Of a DNA stretch of 64,000 nt, positions 9,751 to 18,679 are shown in pieces. Below the pieces are notes generated by a model that did not search any database, was not told the origin of the DNA, and worked only from the letters and a program-made list of their open reading frames with translations. The position numbers and the translations under genes were made by a program. The DNA is taken from contig CDRNVI010000030.1 in NCBI GenBank assembly GCA_977017575.1, positions 434,001-498,000 on the forward strand, read 5' to 3'. Source of the DNA: Paramoeba atlantica. Its lineage: Eukaryota; Protista; Discosea. Each line of letters starts with the position of its first letter. Position 1 is the stretch's first letter.

Positions 9751-11615
9751 GTAGATCATATGTTTTCTTTTTGTAAATTATGCAGTCTGACTTAGCTTCT
9801 ATTATCGATTAGGAGTTCGGATTCTCTTTTGACCATGGGACATAATAATATCTTTTGGCGCCCCGCGCGCTCCAGCACGCGGGTAGCGCACTGGGAACCT
9901 GTGTCTACCCCTTCCGAAGGATTGTGAATTTGTTTTATACAAACGCTTCAGTTTGTTTGCCACAAACGCTTCGGTGAGTAATAAAAAAACCTCGAAAATC
10001 TCTATTAGGGTCGCTCAAAAACGCTTCGATGAGTACTCATCGAAAGTTGTAGACTCTCGATGAGACTCACGGAAAGTTGTAGACTTTCGATGAGTACTCA
10101 TCGAAGGTCCCCCCTACCCGATGTAATCATTAGTGGAGACCAAGTGTGAATTCGAGTCCTTTGTTCTGCTAATGACTTCACTTAATCGCTTGTTTGCTTT
10201 GATTTCTGACAGCACTTTTGTTTGCTCTTCGCGAATTGCTTTAGAGGCCTTAGTTTTTCTTTTCATCGGATTCAAAGTAACGCCACTAACTTTCTCAACA
10301 GCTTGTTGACCTACCGGAGCTTTAGTGGATATTTTATGCTCATCAATAGATCGTCTGGCTGCTTCAAAAAAGTACCGTTGCTTTAAGGTGGACTGAGTGA
10401 GACCAAGACCTCCCATTTTTTGCGGTAGAGTTGCGAGGCGGAGTGAGTCACCTGTGGCGAGAAACCAGTGTGAGATAATTCTTGATATTTCAGCATCGAA
10501 GCATTCCGCAATTTTCAGTGTAGCTGCTGGTTTGTGGACGCGCAAAAAGTAATCCTGTCGTGGAATCGTGCATCGTTGCAACATTGCTAACGAAAGATTG
10601 CTTGGGCCCATGATTTGCAAACGTCAAAAAAGGCATACATGCTTTACTGACTGTCGTACGAGCTTTTCACTAACGTCCTCATTCTCCCCTATGTAGGCGC
10701 CTAGGATCTTGACAGATTTCTCCGGTGACGATAGACCAGCTTTCTGCAATGCCAATGGACAGTTTTTTGCTCCTTTCTGAAACCACTCTGTTTTATTGCA
10801 GTTGACATCAAGTGATAAGTCTTTAGAAAGTTCTTGAAGATGGAGGAAAGCGGCTTCTAGGGATAAAGTGTTTCGAGATGAAAGCGTGATGTCGTCCATA
10901 TATGCTCGGATCGTGACTTCAGGAAAAAGATCGGCTACTTCAGCTAGGATGGGATGTATTAAGCTACAAAAGTAGAGAGATGAGAGCGCTGAACCTTGTC
11001 GTACCCCAGATGTGCTTTTGATTGTTGAATAGAGTGTGTTGTCAGCAAAGAAAAGAAGATCAGATGGCTCGGAGTACTCTAGGAAAAAGAGGCGCATAAA
11101 TGGTCTGAAAACATCATGCTTTTGAAGAGTTTCTGCAATGGCGATTCTGTTTGGTGTGTTGAATGCGTTAGTGTAATCCACTGTGACGATCTTGTGGTCT
11201 GCCTCGTATTCTTCTATCAGTTCATGCACAATTTGCTCACACGCATTCTTTTATAGTATGCCTCGTTGGAAGGTTTGAAAGTGCTTTTTAAGCGCGTCTT
11301 CATGTCGTTGCAAAAGAATGATGCCACACACTTTAAGGATGGTCTCTCCTATAGCGATCGGGCGCAGTTTATTTATTTGTTTGGGCAAAGCTTCTAATCT
11401 GCATCTTGTGAGTCGATCACGCACTGAGTTTGGAATGTCGCCATTGATCACGTCGCGGAACATGTGGCATAAGCAAATGCTGCATTCTTCATCGTCGGCG
11501 AGAAGTCGCAACATCGATTCGCTGAAATCTGTAGGTCCGGGGGAAGCACCCGTTGCCAATTTGCTGGCCGCTAAGAGGAGTTCGTCTCGTTCAACAATTC
11601 CAATGCGCAGAAAGA

Positions 11616-11881
11616 AAGGGGCTCAGCCCCCCACACCCCGCAGCCGAGGCTGGGGGTTGGTGGGTGGGCCTCGAAACTCGTGTACAGCTACAAAAAGGAA
11701 ATAAAGTCTACTAAATATGTTGATGTTTGAAAGTCATAAACTGAAGAATATGAGAAAGAAGAAACTAATAATACATGTGCCCCGAAGGGCCATATCATAA
11801 GTTCATATATTTATGTGCCCCGAAGGGCCAGGTTATTAAACGTAAATAGCCCTCGCCTAAATTTCATCTCGTAAACTATTA
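11616..11881 (-). mobile_element. A-c-partial B fragment of the mini YR element inserted in the CRE ORF
   Basis: Reverse complement of ~5772-6037; starts exactly at TAATAG. The host reads MPMS|..FLRIGIVE across it. Confidence 0.88.
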
Positions 11882-12847
11882 CTCATCGGCATTTGAGGCG
11901 TTTTCCCGGAAGGATGGAGACTTTTTAGAAGAGAAACTTTTTCTTCGACAGTCAGGGGTGATTGTTTGTAGACGTTATCGAGAATACGCGTTGCTTTGCC
12001 TAGGTTTCCTGCTTTTGCCGTTCGTAAAGCATTGCGGATCGCTCGGCGGTCAGTTTCTAACTCTTCTTGTTCTTCTTGGCTGAGCTTGTCGACGTTGTAT
12101 TCATATTTACTTTTACTTTTCGGCGCGTGAGTCGTGGCTCGTGTTCGCATTAGCATTTTCCTCACAGTGGTCAAAGCATCTCTCGGAGCATTTAGGAACC
12201 TGTGCCATAGGGTTTCTTTTTCGGACAGAAGTTGTAAACGAGGATATTCGCGAATTGTCTCTCTGAAAATTGAAACCACATGTACAGCAAAGGACGGTTC
12301 TATTTGAGCTAGCGGTGGAAGTGGTTCCATGTCTCTGTGCGTGTCGGATTCCTTCGTCGTCTCTGACATGCTCTCCGGAAAATTTAGCGTGTTTACTCCT
12401 TTGCTTGGTATTCGATTTATCTTCGTAGCACAGATTTGAAAGACTCGCACTTTGTCAGACTGTGGAAGAAAGAGGTTTCCTTGGGGTCCGGTTTGTCCTT
12501 CAGCAGGGGAGTACGCAATCTTTATACGAACCTGACCTTTCCTTGAGACGCGGGACACTACTTCGCCGACAGAATAAAAAATTTTTTCTCCGTAGCGGAA
12601 GTTCCAAAGGATCTCGCATTGAGTACCGCGGCCCCATTCTGATACAATGTCTTGAACTTGGTCTGGCGCTTTCAAACTTAGTGTGCGTGCCAGCTCACTC
12701 ATACACAGATCGTCGGATGACATTGTTTCAGATGAGGTACTTAGGCCATCGGTGTCAGCTGACATGTCGTCTTCATTTTGCGGCGCATTTTCGGTTATTT
12801 GGGGAGACTTCGATGGAGATTCGTTTTTATGCAATATACATATGGTA

Positions 12848-12900
12848 GGCTAGGGGGGATTTAGAGTTAAACCCAATGAGACTCAACGGGAAATGGCAAT
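12848..12900. mobile_element. degenerate TIR-element end
   Basis: GGCTAGGGGGGA (12 nt identical to the TIR), followed by ATGAGACTCAACGGGAAA, which resembles the subterminal repeat. Confidence 0.5.
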
Positions 12901-12931
12901 TGACCATGAGCCGGCGTATTAAGGAATAATA

Positions 12932-12944
12932 CTGTACCTTGTTG
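12932..12944 (+). other. spliced-leader remnant (13 nt)
   Basis: CTGTACCTTGTTG, 22 nt upstream of ATG 12967. Confidence 0.8.
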
Positions 12945-12966
12945 AATTATTTTTAAATTTTATTAA

Positions 12967-13167
12967 ATGGGCATGCTGACGCGTGCCAAGGCGAAGGATA
13001 CGGGGGTAGCCCCTGTTATCCAGACGCTTCCCCCCACACGCCGGAAGAAGAAACCCCCACAGGAGCCACCACCTCCGCGGACCCCGGCGCAACCTGCTGC
13101 ACCGCCATCCGCCGCGCCGTCTGCTGCACCATCTTCCGCGTCAGGGCATTCGACTTTTGTCGAATGA
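12967..13167 (+). CDS. MGMLTRAKAK.. Pro/Ala-rich short ORF, probable truncated retroelement N-terminus
   Basis: Conserved 27-aa N-terminus shared with other SL-headed ORFs. Confidence 0.55.
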   Translation: MGMLTRAKAKDTGVAPVIQTLPPTRRKKKPPQEPPPPRTPAQPAAPPSAAPSAAPSSASGHSTFVE

Positions 13168-13631
13168 TGGGGCGTAGCGACCCCAGCTTCCCTAGCTAAC
13201 TCACCCGGCGTCGCACAACAAGACGCTACATACCTAGGGTGGGTACGATCAAGGTCCCGCGGATGACACTACCCGGTGCCAACAAAACAAGGCACAAAAT
13301 AACTAGGGTAACGGTCACCCAGACATCGCAGCGTGAGAATGACACCGCCCGGTACCGGATATAACAAGGTACTAAGAAACTAGGGTGGGTGTCATTCAGC
13401 ATAATCTTTGGAGTGTGTTGTGTTTTTCACTTCAAAAGAAGTGTTTTTTCATAAAGAATATTTGGCTATGTCTCTACTTCGTTGAATATTCAACGAAGCG
13501 CCGTCGGTTCGTTGAACATTCAACGAAGCGCCGTCGGTTCGTTGAACGATTCAACGAAGCGATTTTTTATTTTTTTTCACTGAACTTTTCTGGGATTCTG
13601 CCAGCGAAGCCCACTTCTTGAGGCAAAACCT

Positions 13632-13841
13632 TTTAGTTGCCTAGGGGTTACAGAGTTCGGACAACTCCATCAAAATACCAGGCGATTGTTGGAGTGCTTA
13701 GCGAAACGGTCAGAAAGAAATGTCAATGAAGTCAAGGAAGCGTTTCAGCTAGAGATTGAAAAGATGAACGCCTACACTGTAGCTAATCAACTGAGAAAGT
13801 ACATGACACCAACTGAATGGCTGGGAGAACTCCAACAATAA
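13632..13841 (+). pseudogene. group-A CRE C-terminal fragment inside T2
   Basis: CLGVTEFGQLH..EAFQLEIEKMNAYTVANQLR..WLGELQQ*. Confidence 0.85.
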
Positions 13842-14043
13842 ACAAGTAGCAGCTGATTAATGCAACGAATATTAATATTACCGATCCAGCTAGCGCCTGT
13901 CCGAATACCAAACGTTTGTTTAATTCACCCCTTTGTTGTTTTTTTTTCCAAACTCGAATACGTAAAGCAAAGATATGGAATAGCAATAACAAAAGGAAAA
14001 GGGGCTCGGTCCTACAGTAGATAGAAAAACCGTCGAGGCCGAC

Positions 14044-14139
14044 TTTAAACTTCTATTACAGGACCTCAACGGAGCTGCTGTATACTCGCAACTCCGCAAA
14101 TACTTAGCGTCGAATGGAACAGAAAATTATGGTTTTTGA
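14044..14139 (+). pseudogene. group-B CRE C-terminal fragment inside T2
   Basis: FKLLLQDLNGAAVYSQLRKYL..YGF*. Confidence 0.75.
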
Positions 14140-14481
14140 GTCAAACAGATTAATACTTCAGTAAAATTATATATTTAATACATAAGCTTACAAAGACGCG
14201 TAAGCTTCAACAAAAAAAATGAATTATGCATAAAATCAGGTCTGCCCTGTGAGCTGTAGAGAGCTCATAGGATTTCACAGGAGAAATGCCTTCGAGATTT
14301 TTTTAGGAAAGAAATGACTATTGATATAAGAGTTGAAGTTTAGACGACTGAAAGTTTATGAAAAGAAACTGAGATGAATGTTCACAGACAGTGACATTAA
14401 ACAAAAGCATTAAATCCCCAAATGCATCCTTTTCAGAATTTTTATCGTAGTAGAATTTCATCGCAAAACCCCCGTCTGCGA

Positions 14482-15005
14482 GCAAGGCCCAACTGTGAGC
14501 GAAGCCCACTTCTGGAGGCAAAAGCCCCCGTCTGCGAGCAAGGCCCAACTGTGAGCGTAGCCCTGGGACATAATTATATTTTTTGGCGACCCGTGCGCTC
14601 CAGCGCGCGGGTCGCGCACTGAGGACCTATGTCTGCCACTTCCGCAGGATTGTCGAGAGGCAAGGCCCAACGTTGAGCGAAGCCCACTTCTGGAGGCAAA
14701 AGCCCCCGTCTGCGAGCAAGGCCCAACTGTGAGCGTAGCCCTGGGACATAATTATATTTTTTGGCGACCCGTGGGCTCCAGCGCGCGGGTCGCGCACTGA
14801 GGACCTATGTCTGCCACTTCCGCAGGATTGTCGAGAGGCAAGGCCCAACTGTGAGCGAAGCCCACTTCTGGAGGCAAAAGCCCCCGTCTGCGAGCAAGGC
14901 CCAACTGTGAGCGTAGCCCTGGGACATAATTATATTTTTTGGCGACCCGCGCGCTCCAGCGCGCGGGTCGCGCACTGAGAACCTATGTCTGCCACTTCCG
15001 CAGGA
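14482..15005. repeat. 178-bp tandem repeat x ~3 inside T2
   Basis: Unit starts at 14482, 14660 and 14838; built from AAGGCCCAACTGTGAGCG modules shared with the other TIR elements. Confidence 0.92.
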
Positions 15006-15490
15006 TTCTGGTTGGTTGGGTGGTTTCCGCAGGAAAAATGAGATCGACTTGCCGAAAAAGAGTTTCTAGTACCATGCGCTACCTTTGTTGCTCCGTTGAG
15101 ACAATTTAAAATGTTAAAAAAATCGAACGCTCGCTCGAAAAAAAATTAAAATCTCGTTCGTTGAATATTCAACGAAGAGCCATCGCTTCGTTGAATCGTT
15201 CAACGAACCGCCGGCGGTTCGTTGAATATTCAACGAAGTAGAGACGTACCCGAATATTTTCTTGTAGTATATAAAAGGGGATAAAAAAAGATAAGCTGGC
15301 TGCTCGCGCTCGATCTGGTCAAATCTTCGGATTTGACTTGCGTGCTGCGTGGCACAGCTCCTAGCAAGCGATAAGGGGAGGCTTGGTCTAGGGAGGTAAC
15401 ATCTCCTCGGAGATATATTGCCTAATTCATCATCATCATCAAGGAATAATAATAATATACCACTTAGTTCATACTTTGCAGCGCGACGTC

Positions 15491-15880
15491 TCAGCTGCCA
15501 GTACGGGTAAACATTGAATACCCATCCATCGTTTTTTGTAAGATATCTGAGCTTGTTTGATCCGAAGGTCGTGAGTCTCCGATGATAACTTTGATTTTCC
15601 GTGGTTTGCTTTGTCGTGATTCTTGTCGTGTGATGCATTCTCGCGGTTCGATGTTCATTTCGTCTGAATTTGTGGAGTTGTCGTGAATGTCGCTGCTTTT
15701 GTCCATAATCTCGTTTAGACCTTTGCCCTTTAGACTACCTACTTTTCCTTTCCATTTCTTCGACACTTGAGGTAGAATTGGTGTAGGGTAGTGTATTTCG
15801 TTCCAGTCGCTCTGTGGGTCGATATTGGATTCGTTGGTCGAGTGCTGCATTGCAAGTTTGGAGCGCGTTAGCACAACCAT
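15491..15880 (-). CDS. SL-headed MVVLTRSK.. ORF (129 aa), probable CRE N-terminal fragment
   Basis: ATG 30 nt after a double SL remnant. KPRKIKVIIG resembles KPKKTPRIRIIG in the 23501 ORF. Confidence 0.5.
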   Translation of the reverse strand: MVVLTRSKLAMQHSTNESNIDPQSDWNEIHYPTPILPQVSKKWKGKVGSLKGKGLNEIMDKSSDIHDNSTNSDEMNIEPRECITRQESRQSKPRKIKVIIGDSRPSDQTSSDILQKTMDGYSMFTRTGS

Positions 15881-15910
15881 AAAGTTTTTGTAAAGTTTAA
15901 CGAAAAAAAA

Positions 15911-15937
15911 CAACAAGGTACAACAAGGTACAGAAAC
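15911..15937 (-). other. tandem SL remnants (17 nt + 10 nt)
   Basis: GTTTCTGTACCTTGTTG immediately followed by TACCTTGTTG. Confidence 0.85.
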
Positions 15938-15997
15938 ACTCGGGAACCGCCCCAATTAAGCATCAACAATACCGAACAGAGCGCAACGAAGACACCA

Positions 15998-16717
15998 ATG
16001 CCCGCACTAGAAAGTCTGCCGCGGTGTCTAGCGTTCTCCCCAGCACCGACTCCCCAAAATCCAGTTGCCCACACGGAGATCCAGACGCCGTTGAGTTGTC
16101 TGGCGTCCGCCTTGGAGTCGAGTCCGCCTCGGCGTCTACAGTTTACTCCTACCCCGATTCACATGGAATCGGACTCCCACGGGGAGGAGTCGCGGCTCAG
16201 TCGTCCGATTTTTCCGCCCTGCAAAACCGTAGAAGACGTCATAAACCCCGCTATAGAAGACGTCATAAATCCCGTGATCGATTCCCTCCCTCCAATCCCC
16301 CACACGCCTTCCCCACACAGTCATTCTGCAAAGAACACCCCTCGATCGGCGCCAATAACACATTGTGTCATGATTCCCGAACTCCCGACCCCGTGCTTCA
16401 CCCCCGCGTCACGACCAGTTCCGCTTGGGGAAAACCTTCCTTATCCGTATATGACGATCGAACGGGAGGTATTACAGGAAATGGGGACGACAGAAAACCC
16501 CACGTGGTGTCAAAAAGATTTTTCGCGCGGGATGGTTCACATGCTTCCCAACGTTTCTCTGACGGATACGCCGCGGCCCAAGCCCCGTCTGCCGAAATAT
16601 CTTGTCGACCCGCTGAACGCAAATTTTTCCGACCCGTTACGAACCAGGAAACGCAAGCGCGACGAACAAAAGACGCTCAGCGAGTATATAGAAGGGGTCG
16701 AGCAGACAATGGAGTGA
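15998..16717 (+). CDS. Pro/Ser/Thr-rich unknown ORF, 5'-truncated, possibly frameshifted to 16899
   Basis: Frame is open back to the SL junction (~15936); no recognisable domain. Confidence 0.35.
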   Translation: MPALESLPRCLAFSPAPTPQNPVAHTEIQTPLSCLASALESSPPRRLQFTPTPIHMESDSHGEESRLSRPIFPPCKTVEDVINPAIEDVINPVIDSLPPIPHTPSPHSHSAKNTPRSAPITHCVMIPELPTPCFTPASRPVPLGENLPYPYMTIEREVLQEMGTTENPTWCQKDFSRGMVHMLPNVSLTDTPRPKPRLPKYLVDPLNANFSDPLRTRKRKRDEQKTLSEYIEGVEQTME

Positions 16718-16980
16718 TACACTGCACGAAACGCTTGCAAGTTCAGAAGCAAACTCCTTGCCAGACCCCAATTCGTGCAACAAGGCCATTGTTCAACGTT
16801 GGGCAGGGTCAATTGATCCGGCTTTTAGCTTTCCAGTTGCGACGGATATGCTATGGGAAAGATCGAAAAACGCGAGGCCAAAAGAAGAATGCCTACTAGC
16901 GTAGAGCTTTGATAACCAAGCGCTTCTAAATATATCTCACGGAACTGTAAAATCAATAAAAAAAACGTGCTGGAGTTGGA

Positions 16981-17387
16981 AAAAAGTGTGTTCTTTATAA
17001 AATTTTGTGTAGTGTCACTGTCTGTGAACATTCATCTCAGTTTCTTTTCATAGACTTTCAGTCGTCTAAACTTCAACTCTTATATCAATAGTCAACGCCT
17101 ACCGAAAAACTCGCACGTGCCTAAAAAGCCGTATTGTCCACTTGAGTTGTGGCTATGTATTTGCGGAGTTGGGACATCACCACTGAACCGTTAAGTTCCT
17201 GTAGTCGAAGGGTGAAATCCTGTACTACGAAGTCCCGTTCGAGTCCACATGCATCAGCCAGGGTTGTGATAAGCGCTTTGGTGTTGCTGTGCATTGCACC
17301 GCCGGAGAGCATTGGTACACATTGGAATTGCTCATTAGGAATAAGCTTAGACGCCACGTATTTGGAGACTTTGCGTTTTATGGCATC
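16981..17387 (-). pseudogene. group-B CRE 3' fragment (..VDNTAF*) plus 3' UTR
   Basis: Identical to 48286-48560 and to its downstream UTR. Confidence 0.88.
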
Positions 17388-17450
17388 ACGGAAAAGTTGT
17401 GCCATTTTTTCTTGTTGTGCCATTTTTCTTTCCTACTCTTTTTCTTTGAA

Positions 17451-17930
17451 ATGGGCATGCTCACGCGTGCAAAAGCGAAGGAGACGGGGGTAGCTCCCGT
17501 CGTCCAGTCGCTTCCCCCCACACGCCGGAAGAAGAGACTCCCCGCGGAAAAGCCAAAGCTACTACCGCCGCCATCGCCACCGCCGCCCCAGCGGTCGCCA
17601 CCGCCGCAGCAACGATCGCCACCACCACCACAGCCACCACTGCAGCCACCACCGCAACGACCGGACCAATCGTCAATCAATTTCACGGCCCCGAAGTCGC
17701 GTGAGCCATCATGCAACAGACCGGAGAAAGGCAGCGCGAGTTGCGAAACAAGCGTATCAACAAAGAACACCTCCCTAACCTCTTACCCTTCAATAGGCAA
17801 AGCGTCGCCCGGTAAAGACACACGCGATGCCTTCCGACTAGCAGTTGAAAAATTCAATGCATACACAGTTGTATGCCAACTAAGAGACGTGATCCCACAC
17901 TGCAACTGGATAGGCGGACTAAGTAACTAA
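17451..17930 (+). CDS. in-frame chimera: MGMLTRAKAK N-terminus + last 38 aa of a group-A CRE (159 aa)
   Basis: 17813-18424 is the reverse complement of ~7020-7622. CTTGTTG at 17411 is a possible 7-nt SL trace. Confidence 0.6.
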   Translation: MGMLTRAKAKETGVAPVVQSLPPTRRKKRLPAEKPKLLPPPSPPPPQRSPPPQQRSPPPPQPPLQPPPQRPDQSSINFTAPKSREPSCNRPEKGSASCETSVSTKNTSLTSYPSIGKASPGKDTRDAFRLAVEKFNAYTVVCQLRDVIPHCNWIGGLSN

Positions 17931-18679
17931 TCTTTCCTTAAACGGTTTTATTAACACAACTAATCTTTCCCAGTAAACGCAAACTGAGCACTTTACTTTA
18001 CTTTATGGTTATTTTCCTGAAGGACAAATATCACAATGACAAAAATGTAAACTTGTGTTAGTAATTATACTCAGAAAGTCAGGTAATCGTTCAGACGAAA
18101 TATATGATTTTATTTTATTGAACATTAGAAACAATTTCCATAAGTTAAAACTTTTTGCAAAAGTTAATAAAGCTTTTGCTTTACTTTGCAACTCGAAAAT
18201 TTTGGATCACCACCCTTCCCTTTACATAATTAGAAAAAAAAATTAGCAAAATCAAAATTTTCGAATAATCGCCCCTTTGCACAAATGATGGCGAATATAT
18301 CTAAATATAGTCACCTTCGTCAAAAAAAAAAAAAAAAAGATATTTTATTTATAAAAGGATTTTCTGCACAGAAGGATTGTTATTCCAGGTTGAAAAGTGA
18401 TATTCAAAAAGTGTATCTTACAAAAGAAGTTTGTACTTTGTTTTACCGGCTTTTCGTTTTCTGTAACCGATTTCATCGAGCGTCTGTACCACAACTGGAC
18501 CCTTGCTACGCGTTTGTCTTTTATCCTTTATCACAGATTTTAACACAGATGCTTTGGATATTTCTTCTGTAGGTTCATCTCGTTTTCCTAAAGTGAAGTG
18601 AGAAAAAAAAAAAAAAAGTAAAATCGTCATCCGTCGACGCGGCACTCGTTATAGATCCTTCCAGCACCTGCTTGATACA

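Larger units (their letters stand above)
8231..10119. mobile_element. non-autonomous TIR DNA element T1 (1889 bp), 9-bp TSD GATGTAATC
   Basis: Ends GGCTAGGGGGGACCTTCGATGAGTACTCATCG / ...CGAAGGTCCCCCCTACCC. TSD at 8222-8230 and 10120-10128 duplicates codons DYI of the CRE host. Confidence 0.92.
6993..12834 (-). mobile_element. CRE-like element group A, near full length, disrupted; poly(A) at 6993-7006
   Basis: Pieces 11882-12834, 11251-11615, 10624-11250, 10120-10620 and 7505-8230 rejoin into one ~1050-aa RT-RLE protein (YMDD at ~10895). Split by a TIR element and a YR repeat fragment; also carries a stop and frameshifts. Confidence 0.9.
13464..15251. mobile_element. non-autonomous TIR DNA element T2 (1788 bp), 8-bp TSD GAATATTT
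   Basis: Ends GGCTATGTCTCTACTTCGTTGAATATTCAACGAA / ...GAAGTAGAGACGTACCC. TSD at 13456-13463 and 15252-15259. Confidence 0.9.

Noticed and set aside
13363-13381. SL-like AACAAGGTACTAAGAAACT
   Set aside because: Gapped match that coincides with the conserved AACAAG..CTAGGG module; not counted as SL.
13230-13390. CTAGGG repeats as telomeric sequence
   Set aside because: Dispersed, not tandem TTAGGG.
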